Notes: generated by a model from the sequence alone, not told the origin. Shown: positions 12,972-27,130, numbered from the whole stretch's first letter. The stretch is 63,670 nt of DNA, filler included, from Sphaeroforma arctica JP610 (GCF_001186125.1; 7 parts of 3 records of this genome joined end to end with filler, not necessarily neighbours in it); one strand, 5' to 3'. Program-made: numbers and translations.

Positions 12972-14117
12972 CATATTTATACATATACATATAAATACAT
13001 ACGTACATACATACATATATATATGTTTATATGTATGTATATATATATATATATTTATATACCGTATCGCTGTAAGGTGAAAGGAAGCACAACAGGCAGC
13101 ATAAACACAAATATCATGGCGTCATAACTTGTTTATTTGCGAATGCCATCTACAGCAACCTGAAGGTATTTAGTTTGCACACTACCAATCCATAATCAAC
13201 GGATTCGATGTACTTGTCTGAGGATAGCTATATGCCCTGTGAAATAACGAGTAAAAGACCATGTCACGAAGGCCTTATACAATCGATGGTCGACGTTGTA
13301 CTCGAAAACACACAACCACATAAAACCTTTAAGTCACGAGATGTACCTATCTAAGAAATTGATATATTCAGAGCACAAAATAATATCGATTTATACTGGT
13401 AATCCTTTGAAAGTAGAGGTGTAGATTTAACGTAAAAACAGGAGAGTTTATGTACAGGCACTGGGAAGGTATTGGAAGTAGAGGTATAGATCGTGTACAA
13501 ACCCAGGAGAGTCTATCTTCTGTATATTGTATTTATATATTTCCACTGGGAATATTTTTTAAAAACAGTATAGCTGGTTCCAAACAAACTTAGACCCTAT
13601 GAACCGAGCACATTGTATCGATTTATACGGGGAAGAATTTGGAGCAGAGATGTGAGGTAAGGTTATCGGAGTAGAGGAGGGAAAGACCAGCGTTAGCAGC
13701 CGCGGCAATGCTGGCTCCACTAGTCTATTTCATGAATAGTGGATAGTAAATAACGCACACACGCATAAACCTATTTTCCGAGATATTATACTAGGCCTAT
13801 CACAACGCGATAAGACGAGTATCGCTCGAAGATAAACAACCCACACATATGCGCAGATCTGAATCATGAATGTACATATATGTATGGAAATATCTGTTTA
13901 AAAAAGCTGAAAACACACCCAAGTGTATACACTAGTACCTTCGTCGCCATGCCAACGATGAGTAACAAGGTATTCATAATTCAATTGACTCAAATATAAT
14001 ATATGCACCACACATATCAAACACCGTATCAGATCATCTCCATTGAGACATTTTTATATATAAAGTTTACTGAATGGGCTTCCTGCGTGCAGGCGTTTAG
14101 TCCACATAATCGTTCTC

Positions 14118-17100
14118 ATGAAGACTGTCAGATCAACCAGGACTGGACTTATATGGCAAATAGTCAAAGCTTTGTCTGTGACAGCGTTAATCATCGGTGT
14201 ATACACTCAGTTGCCGTCATCACCAGAGTCTCCCATCGTACAGACCAACGAACATGGTGTACCAGGTATTGAGAAGGGATAACAGTCCAATTAATGAGAT
14301 GTGACGATAAAGTTAGTCAGTGAAATGCAACGATAGAGTTAGTTAATGAAATGTGGCAATAGTTCAGTTATTAAAATGTGAATACACCAGTTATGAGCCA
14401 GTTATGAGACGTGGTACTAGACCCAAAAGCATGGTAGCATACCCATGAAACGGTATATGCCTTTAGAACAGTCAATGAGGTGTGATGGGCCACTGAGATG
14501 TGTAATGTCGTACATCTTGTTGTAAGCACGCCGAGTATATGGAATGTATTGGTATTCTGCTGTACGGAGGTATTTCCGATTCCCAAAACGGTTGCTGCCA
14601 CTATTATATGCATTTGCAAATAAAGTGAGTTCGAATGTACAGTACACGACGATAGGCATCTAACACCTGACACTATCAGAATTTCTAAATCATTGTATCT
14701 TACTGAAGAATATATGGTTACAAAATAAATGTCGAAATATTAGCAGTAANNNNNNNNNNNNNNNNNNNNNNNNNNNNNNNNNNNNNNNNNNNNTTAATTA
14801 ATTAANNNNNNNNNNNNNNNNNNNNNNNNNNNNNNNNNNNNNNNNNNNNGTGGTACCTATACATGCAGGGCTCCCTATAACACAGTCGTGGTACCTATAC
14901 ATGCAGGGCTCCCTATAACACAGTAGTGGTACCTTTACATACAGGGCTCCCTATAACACAATAGTGGTACCTATACATGCAGGGCTCCCTAAAACACAGT
15001 CGTGGTACGCATACATACAGAGCTCCCTATAACACAGTAGTGGTACCTATACATACAGGGCTCCCTATCGATTTGGAATTCGGCACAGCTCTCCAGAATC
15101 GGAAAGAAAGACTAAGTGTTCCCAAGTACAGCCATAAAGAGGCTATGTTGCAGTGGACAAAACAAACAAGCCTCGAGGAGACTAATAAGCAGTGGACAAA
15201 ACAAACCAGCCTTGAGGAGGCTAAGAAGCAGTGGACGAAGAAAACAAGCGCCCACACCATGTCGGATCTACTTATCGAGCCTACGGAGATCGGAAGGGTA
15301 TGTGTGGCGTGCAGAAGCTGCGCGTATGATGTGTGTGGGGTGCTCACTATACTGCACAGCAGCACACCCACAAACACATAGGTACAGACGCGTATACAGG
15401 TTACTCTATCATGTATATTTTCCCATTTACCTGATTTGGTTTTAGGGTTTTAGGGTTTCCTTTCTCACCACTCGTATTCTCACAGTCAGTATGTTTCATT
15501 CTCTCTCTCCTCCCAACACACCTCGTAACACCGCAGGGCACCCCCAACCGCAACCTGCCGTGGCACGTGCCACCATGCACAGACTTTCCGGAACGGCCCA
15601 ACCTCAAACCATCGGCACTCCGACCCAACCAGTAGGTGAAGAGTGTACCCAATGATCATCGCACTATACAGCGCATAAGCACGTCCTCTATCGAAACTTA
15701 GATCCAGCTGAGTCGTGAATCTACCTGTCAGCGCTTTCCAGATACCTCGCTTAGTGGGTTTAAAGAAGGGCTGTCTCACATGTTTATATGGCATACAACT
15801 CGGAATGGGCTCATACTTACACATCAGTAAAACATCATACATACCAATACTTATACATCAGTATAACATCATACATACCACTGTCCGCGCAGATACGGTT
15901 TAGAAAATTTTATCAGCGAACCAATGGTACATTTCGAAATTTTAATTTAAACCCACTGAATCGAGGGCTTGCGCACATACAGGAAGTCAACGCACAGTCT
16001 GTACATCATAAAGGCCCTCAACGAGCTAGGCGTGTACTATCGGTTGGATGCCGGATCACTTCTGGGCAGCTACAGACACGGAGGGTTCATCCCTGCCGAC
16101 AAGGACTTAGACATTGTACTACCCGTGCGACGCAATCTGCATCTCGTCGGTGCGGACCACTATTGCCAAGGTATATTTGAATGCCGGTTGTAGTATGGGA
16201 AGAATGTATGTATGATCAAGGTATTTGAATAGACTGTCCGAAAGCTTTAAATGATCGTATAGTTGGAGGTGCGCGTGTCGTAGACAGTACCTATAGGTTA
16301 TGTGATACGTGTATATGAGACGACGTACATAATACATATAGTATACGTGGCATGTGTTGTATGCTAACGTAGCTATCTATGCAGAAAGCAGAATTAATCT
16401 GAATTGATCTTTTTCGGTACAATCGCTGTGGTCTCATGTGGTACAGGCTGTTGGTTGTGTCACAGGCTGTGTGTTGAATGGCGTAATGGGTGTAGTCTCA
16501 TGTGGTATAGGCTGTTGGTTGTTGGTAGTGTCACAGGTGGTGTGTTGAATGGTGTAATGAGTGTCGTGTCATGTGGTATAAGCTGTTGGTTGTTGGTTGT
16601 CTCACATGTGGTATGTTGAATGGGGGTGTGTTGAATGGTGTAATAGGTGTAGTCACATTTGATATAGGCTGTTGGCTGTTGGTTGTGTCACAGGTGGTGT
16701 ATTGAATGGGGGTGTGTTGAATGGTGTAATGGGTGTAGCATATGATATAGGCTGTTGTTTGTTTGTTTTGTCACAGGTGGTGTAATGAACGGTGTAATGG
16801 GTGTAGTATCATGTGATATTGACTGTTTGTTGTTGGTAGTGTCACAGGTGGTGTGTTGAATGATGTAATGAGTGTAGTCTCATGTGGTATAGGGTGTTGG
16901 TTGTTATTAGTGTCACAGGTGGTGTATTGAATGGTGTGTTGAATGGTGTAATGAGTGTAATCTCATGTGATATAGGCTTTTGGTTGTTGGTTGTGTCACA
17001 GACGGTGTGTTGAATGGTGGAATGGGTGTAGTCTCATGTGGTATAGGCTGTTTGTTGTTGGTAGTGTCACTGGTGGTGTGTTGAATGGTGTAGTGAGTGT

Positions 17101-20100
17101 AGTCTCATGTGGTATAGGCCGTTGGTTGTTGGTTGTGTCACAGGTGGTGTGTTGAATGGTGTATTGGGTGTAGTCTCTTGTGGTATAGGCTGTTGGTTGT
17201 TGGTTGTGTCACAGACGGTGTGTTGAATGGTGGAATTGGTGTAGTCTCATGTGGTATAGGCTGTTTGTTGTTGGTAGTGTCACAGGTGGTGTGTTGAATG
17301 GTGTAGTGAGTGTAGTCTCATGTGGTATAGGCTGTTGTTTGTTGGTTGTGTCACAGGTGGTGTGTGGAAGGGGGGTGTGTTGAATAGTGTAGTGAGTGTA
17401 GTCGCATGTGGTATAGGCCGTTGGTAGTGTCACAGGTGATTATTCTCTGCTCGGTGGTGAGTGATACATACAAAGTAAACTACAAGGTAAAGTAAAGTAC
17501 AAGGTAAAGTAAGTTACAAGGTAAAGTAAAGTACAAGGTAAAGTAAAGTACAAGGTAAAGTAAATTACAAGGTAAAGTAAACTACAAGGTAAAGTAAATT
17601 ACAAGGTAAAGTAAAGTACAAGGTAAAGTAAAGTACAAGGTAAAGTAAATTACAAGGTAAAGTAAATTACAAGATAAAGTAAACTACAAGGTAAAGTAAA
17701 GTTCATTGTATAGTAAACTACAAGGAGCACGAAGGGTGGCTCAATACACGTGCGTGTCAGAGAATGTTCCGATTGGATAATGAAGTAACCTGCGTGTTGT
17801 GTGTACACTTCATGTTGCGAGTACCGTCATCGGTACAGGCATCTGTTCGATAGAGGAGAATACTTTAGACCTGCTGATATAGTAGAATATCTTATTTGTA
17901 TATATATATATATAGTAGAATAGCTATTTTATATTTATATATATATATATATATATACATATATATAAATAACTATACCAATTGATCATAGTATAGTCAT
18001 ATGGCCTTTGAGTCTGTGCAAAGTTGTATGCACCCATTTGTTTGGCCCGAACGCATGCGGAGAAGAAGATGGTAGTAATACAATTAAGGAGTACATAAGC
18101 TTTTAGAAAATAAATACGGACAACATAAGCGTATTAAATAATAGATATGGACAAGATAAGCATGTTAAATAACAAATACGGGCAAGATAAGCGTAAAAAA
18201 TAACAAATAATGACAACACAAGCGTATTAAATAACAAATAAGGACAACATAAGCGTATTAAATATCAAATAAGGACAACATAAGCATGTTAAATAACAAA
18301 TACGGACAAGATAAGCGTATTAAATAACAAACAAGGACAACATAAGCGAATTAAATAACAAACAAGGACAACATAAACGTATTAAATTACAAATAAGGAC
18401 AACATAAGCGTATTAAATAACAAATAAGGACAACATAAGCGTATTAAATAGCAAATAAGGACAACATAAACGTATTAAATAACAAACAAGGACAACATAA
18501 TCGTATTTAATATCGAATAAGGACAACATAAGCGTATTAAATAGCAAACAAGGACAACATGAGCGTATTAAATAACAAATAAGGATAACATAAGCGAATT
18601 TAATAACAAATAAGGATAACATAAGCGTATTAAATACTGAATAAGAACAGCATAAGCGTATTAAATAAAAATTGAGGTCAACATATAAAGCGTTTTTCGT
18701 CGCGATTCAACGGTAACGGTAAAGTTGGTCGCTATAATCGACAACGCTCGAACTAAAAGTGCCATACCACTTTTACTACACCCCTGCGAACAGAGATGGA
18801 GGAAGGATCAGACACCAACACAACGACAAAGGTAACGTAATGTGTGCGGATATGTGTGTTGGAAGGAGCCTTTTCATAACTAGACATCACGAATGCACTT
18901 TGAGAGTGCTCTATGTAGGTTGTGGCGCTCCTTCTTCGGTATCCCGTGCAGCTACAGTGTGTCTTCGCGCGGTAGTACTTTGTGCGAAAGTGACACAGTA
19001 GAGTTGGCATGGCTACTTTGTGCGAAAGTGACACAGTAGAGTTGGCATGGCTACTTTGTGCGTAGGTGACTTTGTGCGTCAGTGACACAGTAGAGTTGGC
19101 ATGGCTACTTTGTGCGTAGGTGACTTTGTGCGTAGGTGGCACAGTAGAGTTGGCATGGTTACTTTGTGCGTAGGTGACTTTGTGCGTAGGTGACACAGTA
19201 GAGTTGGCATGACTACTTTGTGCGTAGGTGACTTTTTGCGTAGGTGACACAGTAGAGTTGGCATGCGCCCCGTCTAATCTGTATCAACCTGACTGGCAGA
19301 ATACGCCTACAGGTACCCATCGTTCTGCGAGAACTCACTTAAACGATAATGTAAACGTATCAGATTTTCAAAGATTTTCTGCGCAAAATCTCTTAAACGA
19401 TACTATAAACATATCCGATTTCAAACGATGTTATAAACGTATCAAATTTTAAACGATAAAATAAACGCATCAGATTTTCAAGGAGACAGGTACGCTCTGC
19501 GGCATGACTGACTACCAATGGGCCGAGAAGGTTTTCGTCCCCGTTTTACAATCGTTTCTGAACGAAACCGGCATAGAAGTCAGGTATGTATGTCACCATA
19601 GAAGTCAGGTATGTATGTCACCATAGAAGTCAGGTGTGTATGTCACCATAGAAGTCAGGTATGGATGTCACCGACGGGTTCCCATATACAGTATGAGTGG
19701 CCGGGTATTCTCGGGTGGAGATTAGGCACGCGCTGTATAGTCACAGCTGTGTCGACTCCAGAATATTCGCCAGGATGTGTCTACTATGTCTACTATGTCT
19801 ACTATGTGTACTATGTATACTATGTGTACTATGTGTACTTGCTCCTATACTAGGGTATCATCTAGATATCACGGCTGTTACGTATGCGTCCGCCATACCC
19901 TGTAGGGTGTTGTTTTGTTATCTACACCAACAACTCTGCCGTGACCTGTATGTTAATGTGCGACACTCCACTGTTTTCTCGATGTGTGTACGGGATACGC
20001 GTACGAGAAAGAGTTCGGTACGCTCTTCACTTGCAAGTACGCCCGATGCTAGCAACGCACAGTACTGGCACCAGTTGCAACAGAGAGTTATCTCGATATC

Positions 20101-23100
20101 AAATGATGTTATTGTTGTTGTTGGAGTATGCACACGATTCTCCGTATATACACATGCGGACGGCGCGTGCCACAGCATTTTCGGGTGGCAACTTCCCAAA
20201 AGCCAATGCTGAAGTATTGGAAAGGTGGCGGTTGTAGTTTGGAAGTTCACTTGGTAGTTCTGTGCTTGAGTCTTCTTTGGGACAATTCCTTATTCCTTTA
20301 AATATATGCCAACTATAACAGTAGATGAGGATTGCAGCACCACCACAGCCTATTGTAGTTTGAAAGTTCACTTGGTAGTTCTGTGCTTGAGACTTCTTTG
20401 GGACAATTCCTTATTCCTTTAAATATATGCCAACTATAACAGTAGATGAGGATTGCAACACCACCACAGCCTATTGTAGTTTGAAAGTTCACTTGGTAGT
20501 TCTGTGCTTGAGTCTTCTTTGGGACAATTCCTTATTCCTTTAAATATATGCCAACTATAACAGTAGATCAGCATTGCATCACCTCCACATGTCAAGTCTG
20601 TACCCGAACAGGGCACGAAAACGGTAGCGGTACACCAGACACGAGCCGTGGTAGTACTGTGCCATAACACATTATACATTAATATCGTTACAAAACAAGC
20701 ACTCAAAGCTCATATGTAAGCAGAGTTAGATATACAAGCATTGGCGGTTAGAATAGTAGGCATGCATGTGTACTTGCACGTATCCGTGGTGTACAAGACG
20801 GTTCGTGCTATGGTATGATTTTTCTGTCGATTCCTTCTCCGCTCAGACACGAGAAAGCTCTCGCCGCATTCCATACCACAACCTCTACCTGAAATACACA
20901 TTGCGGCAAGGATAACCACCTGAGTTGACTGTGTCTTGGTACATACGATGTACAGGCAGTAGCATATGCGGGTGTATGTGATACAGATACCGATGTAGAT
21001 ACAACACGCATGAGACCTGGACGTACCCCATAACCATATGCCCACCCTTCCCGTCGCACTCAGACTAAGGCTGCCAGAGCATAAAGGTCAACTCAGGCTG
21101 ATTACACGCTGTGCTTCGGAAACCTTCAATGTGGAAACCCTCGGAAACAACACAATGTGGGGAGGTGCCTGGAAGCCGATGACATGTGTGCGCATGGCGG
21201 CTGAGATATTCCTGGAATTCAATTCGCATCAAGGGGATGGGCTGTGCACATGTCCCTGGTACAACACGCACGCTCTCTGTCCGCTCGATAGCAAACAGCA
21301 TCTCATTAGGAAGTATGTAGGATTGAATAAAGCCTGTTCCGCACACTGTCGAATATATATATATATATATATATCACACTATCGCATATATAAATATATA
21401 TATATATATATATCAGTGTTTATACACACATATATATATATATAACACAAATGTCTGTTAAGGCGAATCGGAAATACATGTATACGCATACAATAGACAC
21501 ACACTGTAAACAGTATACCTACATACATATAGCTCTTAAAATATGTACTTGCATATAACTCTTAGAGAAACATTGTCTACATTTATATTTCTACATACTG
21601 GATGCTGCAATCCTTGTAGGTTCACCACGGGCTTTGAAACACCCGACCACCAACTCGATGACGCGCTCGAACGGAGACACGACCCACAACCGGTTGACCT
21701 GGAACTGGTTAAGCAAGAGCGGTTGATGCCAAAGTGCTCTGTCCACGAGGAAGAGGATAAAGGTACAAGCTCTATGGACCGGTATATAGTTTGGTGCATA
21801 TTAAGTAGATACGTACAGTTATGCAGTCGGATTGCGAGAGAAGTGGGTTTGCATATCCAACATCCATAAGGATGTGTATACTACGCCTGGAGAAGATCTA
21901 AGCCTAAAACACACACCCTGACGGGGGAGATATAGGAGTGATTGTATGTTTACTCATGCCCTCATGTATATGTAGAGCCACTTGATTCTATCCTGCGGTG
22001 GGGCTAGGGTTCGTACTTCCCTCGTAGTTCGGTATAGGGTGGAAGTGTACATCTTTATATATGTGTGTATCAATAATCCATACATATCTACGTCACAAAG
22101 TGTTTTAGTGTACAAGTACATTACATGTTTAATACAGGTGTGTATCAGGTGTGTATCAATCACCAATACATATCTGCATTAATCGTTCAGTATCAAGGAG
22201 ACAAGTATGTGATGGGCAACTACACAGCACACACTTAGATGCGTAGTGCACGGGGTCGATTGTACGATGCATCACACGTGTTTCAGTGTACACATACCAT
22301 TACATGACATGATTATACATGTGTGTGTCGATCATTCCTACACATCTGCATGGCACGTGTTTCAGTGTACACATACATTACATGGCATGTTTATACATAT
22401 GTGTGTCAATCATTCCTACACATCTGCATCACACGTGTTTCAGTGTACACATACATTACATGGCATGCTTATACATATATGTGTCAATCATTCCTACACA
22501 TCTGCATCGCACGTGTTTCATTGTACACATACATTACATGACATGTTTATGCACGTGTATATCAATTATACATACACATCTGCATCACCAGTGTTTCCGT
22601 GTACATACATCGTATCAAATAGAAGCTGTACTATGGAGTGATATCGCATGTGCGTGATATGCAGGGTGTATATCTAAGCCACGGACGTTCACTTCCAACC
22701 AATAGGTGAGCGGCAACGAATGAAACAGAGTACGGCGATGTACCGCCCATTACTCAGGTATGTTGCTACGGCGTTTGGATTGGAGGGTGTTGAGAGTGTC
22801 TGTAAACACAAAGCCGGGCTGGCTGCCGCACATGGTGCTAGGGTGTTACTAGAGTGGTTCATTGTCATAAACATGGTGCTAGGGTGATACTAGAGTGGTT
22901 CATTGTTATGAACATGGTACTAGGGTGTTACTAAAGTGGTTCATTGTTATAAACATGGTACTAGGGTGTTACTAAAGTGTTCTATTGTTTTTAAACATGG
23001 TGCTGAGGTGTTACTAAAAAAATTATTGTTTTAAACATGGTGCTAGAGTGCTACTAGAGCAGTTTATTGATTTAAACATGGTACTAGGGTGTTACTAAAG

Positions 23101-24292
23101 TGGTTCATTATTATAAACATGGTACTAGAGTGTTACTAAAGTAGTTCATTGTTATAAACATGGTGCTAGGGTGTTACTAAAATGTTTTATTGTTTTAAAC
23201 ATGGTGCTAGAGTGATACTAGAGTAGTTTATTGTTTTAAACATGGTACTAGGGTACCTATAACTATAACAGACATATTACTATAACAAAACACATACAGC
23301 GGATCACACCACTACATAGCGCGATGGCTGCTCTACTGATAATATCTATATGTTTATAGGCAAGTCTTTACATCATTGCGACGGGATATTTTGGGCGCGA
23401 CAGAGACATCGATAGACACGTGAACTCACGTTCACACAGGACGCTTCAATATAGAATCATGTAGACGAATACGTTCACATTCCATACAAATATATCTTCA
23501 AGCAACCGAAGTATATACATAGAAAAGACTTGTTTAGCATTTGTACCAAATCTTTGATGAAGTATATGGGCAAACCCTGCACGCCACAGCTTTAAAGATG
23601 CTCAACGAGCGTACGCTGAAGCGGGGATCACATTCGACTACCTGGATGTGTCCAAACCACGGGCGAATCTACGGCATCACATTGACCGGTTGAGGACTGT
23701 TAAAACGGCGTTGAACGCAATGAGGTGAGTCTCTCTCGCATGCACGGTAACTACAACCTCGGCCTATGCACGTCATCGCCAGTGGATGCCAGACCAAACC
23801 TTAATCAATCCTAATATTAATTTAAAGTTTACCGGCTCGGTGTTGTTTCATCTGTGGCTGGTAACTTTTTAAGATTCCTGCCGTGTTCTTCTCTCCGTGA
23901 TCCGTGTCATGTATGTGCTGCACTCAATCACACACTCTGCTGACACACACGCACACGTTACGTGTCACATATGTACTACAGTCAATCACACACACGTTAC
24001 GTGTCACATATGTACTACACTCAATCACACACTCTGCTGACACACACACACACGTTACGTGTCACATATGTACTACACTCAATCACACACTCTGCTGACA
24101 CACACGCACACGTTACGTGTCACATATGTACTACACTCAATCACACACTCTGCTGACACACACGCACACGTTACGTGTCGCAGATCGGAGCGAAGGCGGA
24201 GGCAGTGGGAACAGCACCTGAACAACACACCTCAGCCAAGGAAAGCCAAGAGGCTGCTCAAAGCGGGCGAGAAGCGACACCAGTCTGACATG
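14118..24292 (+). CDS. LicD-family (fukutin/FKRP-like nucleotidyltransferase fold) type II membrane protein, multi-exon; 3' end uncertain
   Basis: Phase-consistent exons 14118-14265 (MKTVR...signal anchor IVKALSVTALIIGVY), 15059-15297, 15537-15631 and 15983-16170 (LicD motif YRLDAGSLLGSYRHGGFIPADKDLDI). Further exons: probable microexon 17436-17456, ~19490-19583, 21064-21312, 21620-21762 (LCPLDSKQHLIRKFTTGFETP resembles the LicD C-terminus), 23590-23724 and 24184-24292. Linking exons at 17990-18830 and 22190-23420 are unresolved, and the first intron crosses an assembly spacer. Confidence 0.78.
14850..15068. repeat. 38-bp minisatellite whose last unit supplies the splice acceptor at 15058
   Basis: Unit GTGGTACCTATACATRCAGGGCTCCCTATAACACAGTM, about 6 copies. 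Confidence 0.9.
16420..17435. repeat. ~60-70-bp GT-rich intronic minisatellite
   Basis: Recurrent GTAGTCTCATGTGGTATAGGCTGTTGGTTGTTGGTTGTGTCACAGGTGGTGTGTTGAATGG units. Confidence 0.92.
17472..17724. repeat. 17-bp minisatellite
   Basis: Unit AAAGTAAA(C/G/T)TACAAGGT, about 14 copies. Confidence 0.95.
18108..18670. repeat. 31-bp minisatellite
   Basis: Unit AAATAACAAATAAGGACAACATAAGCGTATT, about 18 copies. Confidence 0.95.
18977..19265. repeat. 39/54-bp compound minisatellite
   Basis: Units CTTTGTGCGTAGGTGA and CACAGTAGAGTTGGCATGGCTA in tandem. Confidence 0.9.
19572..19672 (+). repeat. 25-bp tandem repeat of an exon end plus 5' splice site (4 copies)
   Basis: Unit CATAGAAGTCAG|GTATGTATGTCAC. 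The first copy carries the inferred real donor at 19584. Confidence 0.9.
20232..20580. repeat. 121-bp tandem repeat (3 copies)
   Basis: TTGTAGTTTG(G/A)AAGTTCACTTGGTAGTTCTGTGC... starts at 20232, 20353 and 20474. Confidence 0.95.
22268..22610. repeat. 78-bp tandem repeat (~4 copies)
   Basis: CACGTGTTTCAGTGTACACATACATTACATG...ATCATTCCTACACATCTGCAT units. Confidence 0.9.
22830..23256. repeat. ~41-bp minisatellite
   Basis: Unit AAACATGGT(A/G)CTAGGGTGTTACTAAAGTGGTTCATTGTTAT, about 10 copies. Confidence 0.92.
23905..24180. repeat. ~58-bp minisatellite abutting the acceptor at 24183
   Basis: Unit CACGTTACGTGTCACATATGTACTACACTCAATCACACACTCTGCTGACACACACGCA. Confidence 0.9.
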
Positions 24293-24906
24293 GTAAGTAA
24301 CACACCCACCAGCTGATACGCTCAATTGTGATCAATGGCTGGGCTGTGGGGTGTGCGTGCATGCATGAACAACTACACTGACAAGCACCCTAGCCACGTA
24401 AGGTGCATGCGAACTGTTTTTGTTGTATTACTAGTCTAACGGTTAATATGCTTCGCAAACCCCACATAATTGCCGGCCACCATCCTAGTCAAGCTCGCTT
24501 CATTATTACATCTGGACGTATTTTTGTACCTGTAGCGGGGTGTGAACCTCGTATAGTTATAGTTACCATAGTTACCGGCAAGCATTCCAGGTACCCTCGA
24601 ACGGTTCTAGAATACATAACAGTTTACACGTATACGATGACACTCCATAAAGCATCGGCCAGCACCCCTGTTATTCTGGATCCATTATAGTATCTGTTGC
24701 AGCTCATACCTACACGTCGCAGGCGTACCGCTTGACACGTGACATTCGCTTTTAGATTGTAACACTGTCGCTTCCTACTGATTGTTTGCAGGGCAAAGTG
24801 ATAGTGGACAAGTGCGTATGGCAGTGGGGTGGTATGCACTGGGATATGGACTAGAACCATGCGGAGCGTACACAGTCAATGCGGAGCTTGGTTTAGAGAC
24901 ATGCAT

Positions 24907-24947
<41 letters not shown>

Positions 24948-26917
24948 ATGTATATATGTATATATATATATATATAAGTATATGNNNNNNNNNNNNNNNN
25001 NNNNTATATATATATATATATATATACAATTGGTTTAACGTGGACCACTCGAGTGTGACTTGCACTCAGATAGGGCCTAGAATTGTGCAGAAAGCACTCT
25101 TCCGAAGGGGTGGCAATGCACTGAGATGCGGACAAATGATATGCGCGAGGTTAACACCCAATAGGGTGGCCCCGTCATGAGAGACAGACAGACAGAGTGA
25201 GCAGCTGTGCTGTAATGGCACACTCAATGCAGCGGTACCCACTGGAAGATGTACCAGAACTATGCGAAAAGCGCACACTGGATGTGCATGCACGGCCCAC
25301 CTGTAGGTGCAAAAAAGCTGCAGTGTACGGAGAGTGGACGCCTATTGGCATTATATTGTACCGGATTTCTGCTTGACAGCTGTACTGGAATTCGGGTCTG
25401 AAATCGGGAAAAGCATACGCCGTTCATCGCAAAAGTCCCTGATTCCTGCCTTGTTTCTAAGTACGCATGACAAAAGTGCCTTGTGGCGGGTCGGAGCAAG
25501 GGCACATGCAAATGTTAATTCATCTGTAGAACAACATACACTGAACGCACTGACAGACTGCGACGATCGAGAATCTTCGTGTAAGTGCTGTGTAAATACT
25601 ACAATCTTCATTATAACGTGTGAATCACTACTTGTGACTCTTTCGACTTTCTAATTTCTACGCGAGGTGTCGACAGTATCTTGTTCTTGACCAGATCCCC
25701 ACTCAGACATACGAGTGAGTGGTTGGCTGTACTGTTGGCTAGTAGTAGTTCATTTGCCACGAAAGTGACAAAACCGAGTTAGTGAACGGGAATCGTGCAG
25801 ACATCCAAGATATAAAGATATACCTACCGAACGTACGGAAGTGTAGAGGTGATTTGCGTACATGAAAGCGCCAAGAAAGGAGGATTCCAGTCAGGCGCCG
25901 AGGTTCATTCTCCCAACTGCTATATTGTCATTGTTGGGCGACTAAAACAAGAGGGAAATAACCAATATATATTCACCTGGTGAAATCACATCCTTCATAC
26001 AAGCGGGGAGAGAGGGCATGCGTATAACACGTCGAAAGGCACTATAACTATATTAACGACGCCTACAGGCCAACGTACTTGACTTGCATCGTGTGTGAAT
26101 AGTTATGTCGAGGTGCATGTACTAGGATTTGCACGTTTACGATCACGTGCCTGTTTGCTATCCCAAGTAAATTTGCACCGTTTACGATCACGATTAGTTC
26201 CGACGATCACCTTGTACTGTGCTGTATATTCTTATTGTAGTGCATCAATCTGAAAGAACTCGAAAATATTTTTACAGAATAACTAACAGCACACGCGTGC
26301 CATTCTTATTGTAGTGCATCAATCTGAAAGAACTCTAAAATATTTTTACAGAATAACTAACAGCACACGCGTGCCAATGTACCAGCACAAAAATATGCAG
26401 CTAATAATAGGCGATTGTGGCAGGTGTTACAAAAGAAACCATGGAACTATGGCTGTTAAAAAGTCTCTACCTGGACAAGTGCACAGGTTCATTGGTACTT
26501 CGAACAACATCCACTCCGAAGTAGCATGCGTTGGTAACAAGTAACAAGTCACATGCAACTAAAGTGTCCCTTTCGAATACAAGTTGCACCGGTGTACAAT
26601 AAATCAATTCCTAACTAGTTTTGTTAAATAGTTTATCACTGGGACAGTCGCAATCTCGTCCGTTGTTCTATGTAAAAGGCTATATTATATATACATGGTT
26701 CACACAGGTTTTCCTTGTATTATCTTCATGATTCTAAATATGGAAGCGACCATGACCACCAGCCCCTTCCGTATTCAACTCAAAGCGCAAGACCGAACAC
26801 CATCGGTGTACGGAGAAAAGAACCTAGTTTCATCCTCCGAGGTTTTTGCACATCTCCGCTGAGTGCCAACAAGTGCTTTATTGCTATATATTATGAATGT
26901 GGAAAGGTACGATTGAG

Positions 26918-27070
26918 AGGTGCCGAAGCACCGTATCAAACGAATTCAGACGCACACAAAGACATTTGTCGATGTGTAAAAGGGATCGTAAGCCTCAGTG
27001 CGAATGGCGAACACCTCCCTTCTAAACCTTGGACTGCATGAGCTCCAAGGAATCCGCCCAGGTATGTACT
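26918..27070 (-). ncRNA. U1 snRNA variant, second copy (5' AGUACAUACCUG)
   Basis: The reverse complement of 26935-27074 is identical to 7012-7151. It then carries SL4 GGUGC-UUCG-GCACC (26919-26932), as in the canonical copy. Confidence 0.88.
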
Positions 27071-27091
27071 AGATACAAAGACATGTTGTCA

Positions 27092-27130
27092 GTATTTATA
27101 TGAGAATAATCCGGTTCGCAAATGTGGGTT
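27092..27130 (-). promoter_or_regulatory. snRNA promoter on the minus strand: AACCCACA (-60) plus CATATAAATAC (-32)
   Basis: Plus-strand GTATTTATATG at 27092-27102 and TGTGGGTT at 27123-27130. Confidence 0.8.

Noticed and set aside
8428..13016. Long ORFs rich in YI/HT/CV or X (also around 41000, 45500-46170, 54500-55300 and 58600)
   Set aside because: Translations of (TA)n/(CA)n microsatellites and N gaps.
8200..13165. Exon-like minus-strand pieces (~13060-13160, ~11930-12022, ~11560-11830, ~9060-9345)
   Set aside because: In-frame stops and no recognisable domain. They may be a decayed gene, but I could not build a consistent model.
14794..14805. TTAATTAATTAA flanked by ~44 N on each side (also at 28521, 47122, 52876, 56662 and 61816)
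   Set aside because: Artificial stop-codon spacer used to join contigs. It is not biological, and adjacency across it is unproven.
15438..15460. TTTTAGGG x2 (and TTAGGGTTTAG at ~53841), telomere-like
   Set aside because: Two copies only and intronic; consistent with chance.
16420..19265. Regular repeat arrays considered as CRISPR-like
   Set aside because: Units are contiguous with no unique spacers, there are no cas genes, and the context is a eukaryotic intron.
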